IMG/VR virus record: IMGVR_UViG_3300031774_000016
Coordinates: 1 to 57,102 of that record
Length of the DNA stretch: 57,102 bases
Origin: a virus
Lineage: Duplodnaviria; Caudoviricetes
Strand: one strand, 5' to 3'
How positions within the stretch are numbered: the stretch's first letter is position 1; each line of letters begins with the position of its first letter. This document shows, piece by piece, positions 9,055-17,951 of the stretch. The notes below the pieces were generated by a model. The model had not been told where the DNA came from, ran no database searches, and worked only from the letters and a program-made list of their open reading frames with translations. Position numbers and translations under genes: made by a program.

Positions 9055-9330
9055 ATGAACTTAAATGAATGGTTGGAAACAACTGAATTTACAACTAAAG
9101 ACTTAGCACTATTACCAAGTGTGGGTTGTGTTATCAATACTAAGAATGGAGATACATTCCCAATGATGGAAGATGACTCTATTGGTTTTGATGAACCTAT
9201 GAATATCATCGAGATGTATAACGATCCATTCAATAGTGAGGAATGGTTTAATTCACTACACACTTGTGATAAACCTGTTGTTAATGAAGTATTAAATAAC
9301 TTACTTCCAAATGAAGTAAAGGAGATATAA
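9055..9330 (+). CDS. Acidic hypothetical protein
   Basis: ORF track 9034..9330; AAGGA SD favours the ATG at 9055. Confidence 0.6.
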   Translation: MNLNEWLETTEFTTKDLALLPSVGCVINTKNGDTFPMMEDDSIGFDEPMNIIEMYNDPFNSEEWFNSLHTCDKPVVNEVLNNLLPNEVKEI

Positions 9331-9500
9331 TGAGAGATTTATTCGATAAAGAATTTCAACAAGAGATGGATGATTTTTTCCATTACATAGACCACGAGGT
9401 TTTGGGAAAACCATTACCAGAACCTGAGGTCGAGGAAGATATGACAGATGAAGAAGCAGAGTATTGGGAAATGAAAGCGGAGATACATAATGAATTATAA
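9330..9500 (+). CDS. Small acidic protein (56 aa, not in ORF track)
   Basis: AGGAG SD; MRDLFDKEFQQEMDDFFHYIDHEVLGKPLPEPE... Confidence 0.6.
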   Translation: MRDLFDKEFQQEMDDFFHYIDHEVLGKPLPEPEVEEDMTDEEAEYWEMKAEIHNEL

Positions 9501-9828
9501 TGAAACTCTATATGGGAAACAATATTTACTTGGAACTGATGTTTACGAAGATGGGAAACATAAGATATTAAATGTTCCGTTGATTGATTTAATGGATAGG
9601 AATGGTTTTATACCCGAAGGTAAGTATAATGAGATTTACAATTTATCAGTTGTGTGGTATGAGGTTAATGAAGAAATTTTTGTTGAGAGTATTTATGATA
9701 CCGATAGTGGTGAAACTTATTGGACAGATAAACCAGCTAATGAGTGGACAGATAATGATGACGAACTTTTAACAGCACTTTTAATGTATGGTAATTTACA
9801 AGAAACAATAGGAGAGAATTATGTTTAG
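9490..9828 (+). CDS. Acidic hypothetical protein
   Basis: GGAG SD; coupled to neighbours. Confidence 0.65.
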   Translation: MNYNETLYGKQYLLGTDVYEDGKHKILNVPLIDLMDRNGFIPEGKYNEIYNLSVVWYEVNEEIFVESIYDTDSGETYWTDKPANEWTDNDDELLTALLMYGNLQETIGENYV

Positions 9829-10378
9829 GTTTATTCCAATATTATTTTTATTTTTAATTGGTTGTGAAGATACATTGTATTTAGAACCAGTCGATGAATC
9901 TACAATTCAAGTTGAAGAGCCAAGGGTTGATGTTTATTATTTTGATAAACAACCTAATCTTAGTTTAGATGATAATGGATTTTACCATTTAGATATTGAT
10001 ACGACCAACTGGCAAACCTTACATAGACTCACGGGTTTTATTTCAGATTCAGCAACATCAGGACCTGTTGTAAATTGTAGGGTGGAGTGGGAATCATCTC
10101 ATTATTGGACTCTCGGAGATACATTAGGTTTTTGGATTAGACAAGGTTTAACCGATGATTTAGAATGGGTTAGTTATGATACATCTTATGTTATTGGTTT
10201 TGATGGACAAGAAGTACCTACAATTAATCCAGCAAGTTATAGCAACTCTGATGGAGAAGTTAATACAATGATAGCACCCGTACAATCTATGATTGGAGAT
10301 ACTATGACTATTTGGTATTCGTGGAGTGGTTGGTACGCTGGTGTGAATAATGATTCAATAAAAATTGTATTAGATTGA
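9821..10378 (+). CDS. Putative lipoprotein
   Basis: MFRFIPILFLFLIG|C lipobox signal. Confidence 0.7.
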   Translation: MFRFIPILFLFLIGCEDTLYLEPVDESTIQVEEPRVDVYYFDKQPNLSLDDNGFYHLDIDTTNWQTLHRLTGFISDSATSGPVVNCRVEWESSHYWTLGDTLGFWIRQGLTDDLEWVSYDTSYVIGFDGQEVPTINPASYSNSDGEVNTMIAPVQSMIGDTMTIWYSWSGWYAGVNNDSIKIVLD

Positions 10379-10387
10379 AAATAATAC

Positions 10388-10416
10388 TTGACTTTATCAC
10401 TATTTATTCGTAAGAT
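10388..10416 (+). promoter_or_regulatory. Sigma70-type promoter (likely leaderless transcript)
   Basis: TTGACT-17 bp-TAAGAT; ATG at 10422 lies 5 bp after the -10 box. Confidence 0.7.
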
Positions 10417-10421
10417 CAATT

Positions 10422-10685
10422 ATGACAAATAAAGAATTACAAGATTTAATAATAAAAACATTTGATGGGATTATCATTGATGAGTATGACCGAGAGATTC
10501 ATAAGATTGATGGTAAATCATATGATATCACATTTGACAGAAGTAGAGTTGAATGGAGTTGTAGTTGTCCAGCATTTAAGTTTCGTAGACGACATAAGAT
10601 TTCTAAGTGTAAACATATAATTGAAATACAGAATAGAAAATTTAAGACATTGGTTGAAGGCCGAGCTGGTGTCCGAGTGGTCTAA
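10422..10685 (+). CDS. SWIM zinc-finger protein
   Basis: WSCSCPAF...CKHI (CxC-xn-CxH). Confidence 0.8.
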   Translation: MTNKELQDLIIKTFDGIIIDEYDREIHKIDGKSYDITFDRSRVEWSCSCPAFKFRRRHKISKCKHIIEIQNRKFKTLVEGRAGVRVV

Positions 10686-10736
10686 GGAGATGGATTGCAA
10701 ACCCATTATTCGTGAGTTCGAATCTCACCCAGCTCT
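10663..10736 (+). tRNA. tRNA-Cys (GCA)
   Basis: Acceptor GAGCTGG/CCAGCTC with discriminator U; D-arm TCC-GAGTGGTCTAA-GGA; anticodon loop TTGCAAA; T-arm GTGAG-TTCGAAT-CTCAC; CCA not encoded. Confidence 0.93.
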
Positions 10737-10758
10737 CAAAAATAATTGAAAAAAAGAC

Positions 10759-10787
10759 TTGACTTTCTCGTTTTTTCTTCGTAAGAT
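10759..10787 (+). promoter_or_regulatory. Sigma70-type early promoter
   Basis: TTGACT-17 bp-TAAGAT with upstream A-tract. Confidence 0.8.
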
Positions 10788-10818
10788 CAAGTATTAATTA
10801 AATAAAGGGAAATAACAA

Positions 10819-11064
10819 ATGAATATTAAAAATGAAATTAGAAAATTAAGTAGTCTTTCAGAGTTGAATGACTTATCATCATTTATTAGTGAGTGTAAAA
10901 CTCTGTTAGGTAAATCATCACTTGGTGTTGGTTCTAAGGTTTGGGTGGTTCAAAAAACCAAAAAAACTGAAGGTGTTGTTACCAAAATGAACATCAAGAA
11001 AGCTCTTGTTGATATGAGGGGTAGGATTTATAGTGTTCCATTTTCAATGTTGGAATTAGCATAA
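10819..11064 (+). CDS. Small SH3/KOW-like hypothetical protein
   Basis: LGVGSKVWV...EGVVTKMNIKKALV...YSVPFSML beta-barrel-like pattern. Confidence 0.55.
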   Translation: MNIKNEIRKLSSLSELNDLSSFISECKTLLGKSSLGVGSKVWVVQKTKKTEGVVTKMNIKKALVDMRGRIYSVPFSMLELA

Positions 11065-11402
11065 TGGTATTGGAAACAGCAGCTGATGTTGGTAAAGATT
11101 TGAGAAAACAAATCGTTCCACTAATGAAATCCAAAGGATTTAATTTAAGGGTAACTACCAGCAAACAAAGTTATTACCACGATGGTAATGTAAATGTTAA
11201 GATAACAAAAGTTCCTACTAACTTTCCGGTTTGGATAGATGAGTATTCTAAGTGGAGAGTTACACCTAACGCCGAAAGATTAGTTCTAACTTTAAAAGAA
11301 AGAATTAAAAGTATAGTTGACCAACTTGATATAGATGTGTCGGTTGATTTTGATAGAAAAGTACCTTTCATAGAATATGAGGAGAATAAAAATGAAAACT
11401 AA
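11064..11402 (+). CDS. Hypothetical protein
   Basis: TAATG-coupled ORF. Confidence 0.65.
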   Translation: MVLETAADVGKDLRKQIVPLMKSKGFNLRVTTSKQSYYHDGNVNVKITKVPTNFPVWIDEYSKWRVTPNAERLVLTLKERIKSIVDQLDIDVSVDFDRKVPFIEYEENKNEN

Positions 11403-11724
11403 ATCTTGGTTACTATTAATGAGTCCCGATGAAAGGGGTGGTGGTGAAGAAATTAAAACCATATACCATAATAAATCAAGGGAAGAAATGGTAAAGATGA
11501 TGACCTTGTTACAAGATCTAAATGAACACTTGGTATTGTCTTTGGTAAGAATTAGTCCTAAATCAACTTATGATGATATAATTAGAATGGATGATTCAGA
11601 AATGTTTTTTATGGATTCTAAACGAAATTGGAATAATGGAAAAACATATGAAGAAGTACAAGACGACATACTTGAGGAAAAGGTTATGGAGTCTTTAATA
11701 AATGGCGATATGGGAGTCGCATAA
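11392..11724 (+). CDS. Hypothetical protein
   Basis: ORF track 11377; GAGGAG SD supports the ATG at 11392. Confidence 0.65.
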   Translation: MKTKSWLLLMSPDERGGGEEIKTIYHNKSREEMVKMMTLLQDLNEHLVLSLVRISPKSTYDDIIRMDDSEMFFMDSKRNWNNGKTYEEVQDDILEEKVMESLINGDMGVA

Positions 11725-11740
11725 ATAAAGAGAGAGTAAA

Positions 11741-12187
11741 ATGAAACAAAGTACATTTGAAAAAAATGGTGGTTACTTCATCGGTGGAGTAGCGTATATG
11801 GATTGTAAAATCACAGGTGAACCTGTAAAGAATGTCAGTACAGATTGTAAGTCTGTAATTGGTAGTAGGGCACTAACAGGATTACTTCACAAGAAGTTTC
11901 CCGAAACAAATAAACCAGCATACAAACCAACAGGACGACCAGCTGGTTGGCATTGGATGAAAGAGTTTGTAGATAAAGATGGAACGGTTTACCATATGGG
12001 TAAGGAACAACCTAAGTTAAAGGGAACTAAAAAACCTACTAAGGTTAAACCTGTAAAGAAGAAAGCTACTAAACGGAGAACTAAAGAAGAAATTCTTTTA
12101 GCCCGTGAAGTAGAAAAAAGAGCAGAACTAAAGAAAGCTGTAAAGAAACAGAAAGATTTTTTAAACCACCAATTTGGAAATAAGTAA
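11741..12187 (+). CDS. Basic conserved phage hypothetical protein
   Basis: KPTGRPAGWHWMKEFVDKDGTVYHMGKEQPKLKGT motif; Lys-rich tail. Confidence 0.7.
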   Translation: MKQSTFEKNGGYFIGGVAYMDCKITGEPVKNVSTDCKSVIGSRALTGLLHKKFPETNKPAYKPTGRPAGWHWMKEFVDKDGTVYHMGKEQPKLKGTKKPTKVKPVKKKATKRRTKEEILLAREVEKRAELKKAVKKQKDFLNHQFGNK

Positions 12188-12631
12188 TGTTTGAATCTTT
12201 AATACATTTTTTCAAACATTTTTTAGGATTGTGTGGAGAATCACACCCAAGCGTTTTAGTAAGTGGGTTTGGACTCTTTACAATACTAGCAATTTACATT
12301 AGTGATATTATACATTACATAAAGGATAAAATAAATGTCTAAGAAAAGTAAAGGTCAATGGAAAGACTATAAAACATTCACTCTTAGTGATGGTACTAAG
12401 TTTTTAGCTCGTGATGAGAAAGACGCTAAACTTTACAAAGAAAAAGTTGGTGACAAATAATGATAGAGTTTACCATTTTGTTTGTAGGTGTTTTAGTAAT
12501 GGGTTATCTTGTAGAGAAGGAATCCAAACGAATACAGAAGAAGAATAAAAATGTTTGAATTCTTAGTGGTGTGTATTTTAATATACATAGCATATCATGT
12601 TTCAGAAAATAATAATAAACCAAAATTCTAA
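12187..12631 (+). other. Four overlapping micro-ORFs (12187-12342, 12335-12460, 12460-12558, 12551-12631), three with one TM helix
   Basis: 51, 41, 32 and 26 aa ORFs with overlapping stop/start codons tile the gap left by the ORF track. Confidence 0.55.
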
Positions 12632-12640
12632 GGAGATAGA

Positions 12641-12823
12641 ATGACAAGAAAAGAAGCACTCCAAGCTCAAAGTGAGTTTTCAATTTATGGAGTTTTTAGA
12701 TTTACCGCATACTTACTTGCTTCAATAGCAATGTATAGTGGTGAATTACAAATAGCAGGAATAGCGTTTGGGTTCGGAGCCACACTTGGTTTTGTTCGTA
12801 GATTAGCTAGGATATGGGAGTAA
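12641..12823 (+). CDS. Small membrane protein
   Basis: Two hydrophobic segments; AAGGAG SD. Confidence 0.65.
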   Translation: MTRKEALQAQSEFSIYGVFRFTAYLLASIAMYSGELQIAGIAFGFGATLGFVRRLARIWE

Positions 12824-12827
12824 CAAA

Positions 12828-13058
12828 ATGAGCACACATCCAATGAAACCTATAACCAAACCAGGTGAAGGTAAGAAACGCCAAAAGTATGTTACACAGG
12901 AACGATATTTAGAAGAACGATATGAAATTTCTCGTGGTCTAAAAGGACCCAAGAGATTAGAAAACGAATCATTCGAAGATTTTCATACTCGTAGAAAAGC
13001 AGAAAATGGTCTGTTGAAAGAATACCTTCGTGGTGTTTGGATAAAGAAAGAAGATTGA
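12828..13058 (+). CDS. Basic hypothetical protein
   Basis: GGGAG SD; GPKRLENESFEDF..RRK. Confidence 0.65.
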   Translation: MSTHPMKPITKPGEGKKRQKYVTQERYLEERYEISRGLKGPKRLENESFEDFHTRRKAENGLLKEYLRGVWIKKED

Positions 13059-13336
13059 CAGAGATTCATAAAAAGATAAAACATCTAAACCATACTCTGA
13101 TTGTATGGGCAGAGGATAACAAATATAAAAATAATCGTGGTGGTGATTATATCATACCACCACGAGTTGAAAATGATGTGGTTATGTCTGAGTGGAAAGA
13201 TGATTTAAAGTTTGTATCTAAGTTAGATTTTATGTTAGGTGATGGTAAGACTTTGACAAAGAAAGAACTTCAGATGTCTAATCAACTATATGAATTTTAT
13301 AGTCAAATGTCTATGAAAAATTTACTAAGGAAATAA
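13037..13336 (+). CDS. Hypothetical protein
   Basis: Fills the coding strand; start uncertain. Confidence 0.55.
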   Translation: MDKERRLTEIHKKIKHLNHTLIVWAEDNKYKNNRGGDYIIPPRVENDVVMSEWKDDLKFVSKLDFMLGDGKTLTKKELQMSNQLYEFYSQMSMKNLLRK

Positions 13337-13433
13337 ATGTATAATATATTTTTAATACTACTTATGTTACAATGGAACTCGTGTTCTCCGATACCTGAAC
13401 CTACTTACATTGATGATGTGAATATGGAGAATT

Positions 13434-14084
13434 ATGCGTAAAGTAATTGATTGTTTTAAAGAAGATAATCCAGTAATAAATAAAAAACTAAGAGAGGTTT
13501 CAGTTGAAGAAGGAAACATTATTGCCACAGAATTATTTCAGATACTTAACGAAAGAAAAGACGGCATTGGGTTGGCAGCGAATCAAGTGGGAATTGATGC
13601 ACAAGTGGCCGTTATCAATGTTATTGAACCTTTGGTTCTCATTAACCCAAAGATTGAAGAACAATGGGATGAAATTCCCTACTACGAAGGATGTTTGAGT
13701 TTTCCAAAACAAGGTATTCATACTAAAAGATATAGGAATATTGTTATCAAAACCGAACAGGCAGAAAGTGGTTGGTACTTTAGTGGGGCAGAAACTACAC
13801 AAGAGGCTAAAGGTAGTTGGGAACAAGACAATAAAGAACAGGATCAAGAACAAAGATTATTAGAAGCTATATGTGTTCAACACGAGATAGACCATTTAAA
13901 TGGAATAACTATACACGATAGAGAAGATAAACCAAAACCAATTATATCTAAAAAGGGATACGGAAGAAACGAAAGAGTTATGATTACCAATGGTAAAGAA
14001 ACACAAGAATTAAAATACAAAAAAGCAAAACCACTTATAGATAGTGGAAAATGGGAAATCTACATAGGAGGCCCGATAACTTAA
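13434..14084 (+). CDS. def: Peptide deformylase
   Basis: All three motifs present: GIGLAANQVG, EGCLS, QHEIDHLNG. Confidence 0.96.
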   Translation: MRKVIDCFKEDNPVINKKLREVSVEEGNIIATELFQILNERKDGIGLAANQVGIDAQVAVINVIEPLVLINPKIEEQWDEIPYYEGCLSFPKQGIHTKRYRNIVIKTEQAESGWYFSGAETTQEAKGSWEQDNKEQDQEQRLLEAICVQHEIDHLNGITIHDREDKPKPIISKKGYGRNERVMITNGKETQELKYKKAKPLIDSGKWEIYIGGPIT

Positions 14085-14085
14085 A

Positions 14086-14340
14086 ATGAGAAAACTAAAA
14101 ATGAAAAAGAAAGTAACAAAACCAATCAGAAGAAAATGTCATAATTGTGGGAAGATGGCAACTAATCCAGTTCAATATCATTTAGTTCCATCAATACCTT
14201 ATGGTGAACCGATGCCAATATGGTCAAAGAGTGGCCCTAAAACCAAGAGGGTTGATTTGAAAGGTGATATGAAAATAACAGCCAAAAACTATTGTGATAG
14301 AGAGTGTATGGCTGAAGGTAGGTCTAAGCTCGGTGTCTAA
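14086..14340 (+). CDS. Putative zinc-finger protein
   Basis: CHNC...YCDREC. Confidence 0.55.
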   Translation: MRKLKMKKKVTKPIRRKCHNCGKMATNPVQYHLVPSIPYGEPMPIWSKSGPKTKRVDLKGDMKITAKNYCDRECMAEGRSKLGV

Positions 14341-14479
14341 AAAACCCACTAAAGAGAAACCTAAATACTCTAACGCTGGAAAGGGTGATAAGAATAGAGT
14401 ATCAAATATTAACAAGTATGCTGAAAATTGGGAAAAGATTTTTGGTAAAAAGAAAGTTAAGGAGAAATCTAAGAAGTGA
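14294..14479 (+). CDS. Small basic hypothetical protein
   Basis: AGKGDKNR...YAENWEKIFGKK, a recurrent small phage protein pattern; start uncertain. Confidence 0.55.
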   Translation: MIESVWLKVGLSSVSKKPTKEKPKYSNAGKGDKNRVSNINKYAENWEKIFGKKKVKEKSKK

Positions 14480-14557
14480 TAGAATCAATGGTTATGTTAG
14501 TTTTAATGATTACATTCGGAATGATATCATTAGTAGTTATGATTTCAATAGATAAAA

Positions 14558-14782
14558 ATGAAAAAGATAAGACATAGTAAATTACCGATTACACTATCGA
14601 GTTCTGATACATTAGATTATGAAATGTTACACGCAATACAATTAAACTTAATGTATGATGAAAACGATAGTAGAGAAGAAAATCAAGGTTGTTGGAATGC
14701 TTGGGTTGGTGAAGATGGTAATTGGTTCAACCCGTATAAACCTAATAAAAATCAAATGGAGTTATTTAATGAAGAAGAATAA
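14558..14782 (+). CDS. Hypothetical protein
   Basis: Coding-strand ORF. Confidence 0.5.
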   Translation: MKKIRHSKLPITLSSSDTLDYEMLHAIQLNLMYDENDSREENQGCWNAWVGEDGNWFNPYKPNKNQMELFNEEE

Positions 14783-14921
14783 AAAGATGGAGTTATTAAA
14801 AAAGGCTGAGAAAGTAAATTATGTATTTGAGAAGATGGATAAGGAAACACAAGACGCTGTAAAAAGTCTTATTAACCATATGATGGTAGAAAAAACTAAA
14901 AAGGATAATCACATAGTTTGA
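14769..14921 (+). CDS. Small hypothetical protein
   Basis: 3' part of ORF 14655..14921; GGAG SD supports MKKNKK at 14769. Confidence 0.45.
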   Translation: MKKNKKMELLKKAEKVNYVFEKMDKETQDAVKSLINHMMVEKTKKDNHIV

Positions 14922-16102
14922 AAAAATATTTAACATATGATGATGTAAACATAGTTCCAAAGTACTCGGAGTTAAAATCTCGTGATGATGTAGATCTTAC
15001 CACACGATTTACCAAGAATAGAAAACTACACATCCCAATAGTAGCCTCACCGATGGATACCGTAACTGAAGAAGATATGGCCATAGAGATGATGGAAAGG
15101 GGTGCCGTAGGTGTTATACATAGATTTATGTCTATTAAAAAACAATCTCGTATGATGCAATCATTACATTATAAATGGGATAGTTTTTTTAATATAGGTG
15201 ATGGTAAAGAAAGAAGTGCCGATAATGATTATGATGAGTGGTATAAGAAACTAAGTAATAAAAGTAAAATATCCAAATCAGATTGGGAGGATTTTAAAGA
15301 TTACGGAATGTTCACAGATGATATGGCAGAAACCGATAGGATGTGGAGAAACCTACCCTTATGTGCAGCAGTTGGTGTTACAGGAGATTATTTAGAAAGA
15401 GCGAAAGAATTGGTATTAAACGGATGTAATGTACTACTTATAGATGTAGCACACGGCCACCATAAAAATGTAGGAGACGCTATTGAAGAAATCAAGAGTA
15501 AAATATCAAACATCGAAGTCATTGCGGGAAACATTGCGACAAGAGATGGAGCAGAGTTTCTCTGTGAAAAAGGTGCTGACGGCATCAGAGTGGGAATCGG
15601 TAACGGCTCATTATGTGAAACAAGAATCAGGACTGGCGTTGGATTACCTCAGGTTAGTGTTCTTCTTGATGTGTATTCCGTTTGTGACGATTGGGATGTT
15701 CCTATTATTGCTGATGGTGGTATTCGGAATGTGGGTGATGTGGCTAAAGGACTTGGTTGCGGAGCTGACACCATCATGGTTGGTTCGTTACTTTCGGGCA
15801 CCAAAGAGAGTCCAGGTCAAATAGAAAAACAAGGTGAGTGGCCTAACGAAAAATTATTTAAAAAGTACAGAGGTTCTGCATCAAGAGATTCAAAAGGAAA
15901 CGATAAGAATGTTGAGGGAAATCATAAAGTGATTCCTTACAAGGGTAAAGTAAATAGAATACTTAGTGATATAGAAGATGGAATAAAAAGTTCGTGTTCC
16001 TATGTAGGGGCAAATAATCTTGCAGAATATAGATCTTTAGTAGAATTTGTAGAAGTAACAAATGCAGGTCAAGTAGAGGCTCGACCACATTTATTAAGTT
16101 AA
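14918..16102 (+). CDS. IMP dehydrogenase/GMP reductase family enzyme
   Basis: LTYDDV, SPMDTVTE, IDVAHGH, AGNIAT, GIGNGSLCETR (catalytic Cys), IIADGGI, GTKESPG; no CBS pair. Confidence 0.93.
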   Translation: MKKYLTYDDVNIVPKYSELKSRDDVDLTTRFTKNRKLHIPIVASPMDTVTEEDMAIEMMERGAVGVIHRFMSIKKQSRMMQSLHYKWDSFFNIGDGKERSADNDYDEWYKKLSNKSKISKSDWEDFKDYGMFTDDMAETDRMWRNLPLCAAVGVTGDYLERAKELVLNGCNVLLIDVAHGHHKNVGDAIEEIKSKISNIEVIAGNIATRDGAEFLCEKGADGIRVGIGNGSLCETRIRTGVGLPQVSVLLDVYSVCDDWDVPIIADGGIRNVGDVAKGLGCGADTIMVGSLLSGTKESPGQIEKQGEWPNEKLFKKYRGSASRDSKGNDKNVEGNHKVIPYKGKVNRILSDIEDGIKSSCSYVGANNLAEYRSLVEFVEVTNAGQVEARPHLLS

Positions 16103-16115
16103 AGGAAAATTATAA

Positions 16116-16712
16116 ATGGTATTAGATAGTTTATTAGCAGGTGTAATGTTATTCAGTTCATTCGCCGCAAGAACACCAAATGTACAACCAAATCCAGATG
16201 ACTACGAGGTTAGTATTGGGATAAATCATAATAACTTTCATTTCAATCGTCAATGGGAAAGAGAACTTGGTGAGTTCTATATAGATGATTTGTTTTGGGC
16301 CAAGTTTGATAATGGTATTTATTTTAAACCTGAGTATATGAATAAGGAAAGTCAAGGAGTTAGATATTTGAAGATTGACTCAAGACGAAGTTGGAAAGGT
16401 TTTTCTTTTGGATTCACAAGCCGTAATGATGATAGTGATGTGTTCAGTTCTAACTTTGTAACATTTATATCTTTTGGTGGAAGTACAAAGAAAAAGTATT
16501 GGGAAAAAGTAGATGTTGAATTTTCTTTTGATGGATACTTGCCACCAAGTGAAGAAGAAGGTAGAGATACTTTTGAGTTTGAAAATAAATTTAAAACATC
16601 ATATCCACTAACAGAAAAACTTAGGTTGTATAATATAGGTGAAATATCTAAACTTCAAGGTAAACAATTTTACAAGGCTAAAATTGGATTTGAATATTTA
16701 TTTAAAAAGTAA
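16116..16712 (+). CDS. Putative exported/outer-membrane beta-rich protein
   Basis: Signal-like N-terminus (..MLFSSFA|A); alternating aromatic strands; C-terminal KAKIGFEYLF. Confidence 0.5.
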   Translation: MVLDSLLAGVMLFSSFAARTPNVQPNPDDYEVSIGINHNNFHFNRQWERELGEFYIDDLFWAKFDNGIYFKPEYMNKESQGVRYLKIDSRRSWKGFSFGFTSRNDDSDVFSSNFVTFISFGGSTKKKYWEKVDVEFSFDGYLPPSEEEGRDTFEFENKFKTSYPLTEKLRLYNIGEISKLQGKQFYKAKIGFEYLFKK

Positions 16713-16723
16713 CGGAGAAAAAA

Positions 16724-16972
16724 ATGAATAAATTTTATACTGCAGCTTTAAGTCATTGGGAATCACAGAGAGATGAGGCTTTAGCTACATTAGATTTATA
16801 TTTTAATAAATCAGTAGGTATCGGAGAACACTCTAAAATATTAGATGAAATACATATATGGACTCATAAACTATCTGAGGCTACTGAAAATATAAGCTCA
16901 CTTAAAACATTTTTTGATGAATATGGTGATGTAAAAGACAACAATAAAACGAAAAAATTATTAAATGATTAA
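16724..16972 (+). CDS. Conserved phage hypothetical protein
   Basis: YFNKSVGIGEH motif, recurrent in marine phage small proteins. Confidence 0.65.
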   Translation: MNKFYTAALSHWESQRDEALATLDLYFNKSVGIGEHSKILDEIHIWTHKLSEATENISSLKTFFDEYGDVKDNNKTKKLLND

Positions 16973-17285
16973 AATTTTAATATCATATCTTTTGGCATTA
17001 ACTATAATAGGTAGTGGGGTATTTTTATTTTGTGCCTTGGTTAGTTTACCTTTTTGGTTAATGTGGAATTGGTTAATTCCAGATATATTTGGATTACCAA
17101 TCATAACTTGGTTACAGGCATTTGGTCTTTGGACTTTTATAGTATTGATAAGATCAAGTAATTTTAATTATGCTAAAACATTTAATCCCTCAAAAATTTC
17201 AGAAGATGGTACAGAATTATCACCTTTTGGTGATAATACTTGGAATCAATGGGTTGAACAAATTAAGAAAAATTATCGTGCATAA
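16965..17285 (+). CDS. Membrane protein
   Basis: WLMWNWLIPDIFGLPIITWLQAFGL motif with TM helices. Confidence 0.7.
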   Translation: MIKILISYLLALTIIGSGVFLFCALVSLPFWLMWNWLIPDIFGLPIITWLQAFGLWTFIVLIRSSNFNYAKTFNPSKISEDGTELSPFGDNTWNQWVEQIKKNYRA

Positions 17286-17327
17286 TTATATTTTTGATAC
17301 TTATCTTAAATTATGGAGATGACTAAA

Positions 17328-17489
17328 ATGGACATAACTAAGATTATTCAGACATTGAGTGAGGCATTAGATGATAAAGATTGGGATTTGGTAAAAGAAT
17401 TGTTAGAAGAATTAATTTATGAAGATGATAATCCTATCCAAGAATACGAGAAGGATAAGGATGTGGATAATGAAAATTTATGGGGCTGA
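17328..17489 (+). CDS. Small acidic protein (53 aa, not in ORF track)
   Basis: GGAG SD; MDITKIIQTLSEALDDKDWDLVKELLEEL...; stop lies inside the tmRNA 5' end. Confidence 0.6.
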   Translation: MDITKIIQTLSEALDDKDWDLVKELLEELIYEDDNPIQEYEKDKDVDNENLWG

Positions 17490-17896
17490 CTTGGAAATCG
17501 ACTGGTGTTATTCGATACTAAAGTGCAGCAGAGTTTGAGTAGACTCTTAAATAAGACTCAACGAAACCTAAATGGCGATACATCGCTAGACGGGTTGGAC
17601 ATTGATTGGCATTTAGCTAATCTTGAAATGGGATTCGACAATTTTGTTGAACCTGTTCAAAATGACCAACCATCTTACGCCTACGCGGCATAAGTTACTG
17701 AGTTGTCTAACACTCGGTCATAAAATAAGTTAGACATCAACTCCTCATGTTATGAGTATAAAAGAACATACGGAGCTATCCAAAAAAATAGTCGGTGGTT
17801 TGTAGGTAACTTCTCGGAGGGTAGTAACCTAACTAAGCTGTAAATGACTTTGTAAAGAAGGCAAACAGGACGGGAGTTCGAATCTCCCCAGCTCCA
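17482..17896 (+). ncRNA. ssrA: tmRNA
   Basis: GGGGCTG/CAGCTCC-A acceptor with G3.U pair; T-arm GGGAG-TTCGAAT-CTCCC; pk1 (GAGT/ACTC, TTGAGT/ACTCAA); internal frame ending YAYAA-stop at 17693. Confidence 0.95.
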
Positions 17897-17916
17897 CAAA
17901 ATTAGCAAGAAAGTAC

Positions 17917-17945
17917 TTGTAAATGGTTATAAAGGGTTGTAAGAT
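17917..17945 (+). promoter_or_regulatory. Sigma70-type promoter (likely leaderless MTase mRNA)
   Basis: TTGTAA-17 bp-TAAGAT followed by CAA as in the other copies; ATG at 17952. Confidence 0.55.
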
Positions 17946-17951
17946 CAATAT

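Noticed and set aside
7361-10800. Repeated ~40-bp elements as a possible CRISPR array or att-like repeats
   Set aside because: Irregular spacing of hundreds of bp, each directly upstream of genes with -35/-10 geometry; they are promoters. No cas or integrase genes were seen.
15150-15350. IMPDH-family insertion as an intein or intron
   Set aside because: In-frame, about 60 aa, with no C/S...HN splice motifs; it lies at the normal CBS insertion point.
17505-17693. 62-aa ORF listed in the ORF track
   Set aside because: Lies wholly inside the tmRNA; its 3' part is the tag frame, not an independent gene.
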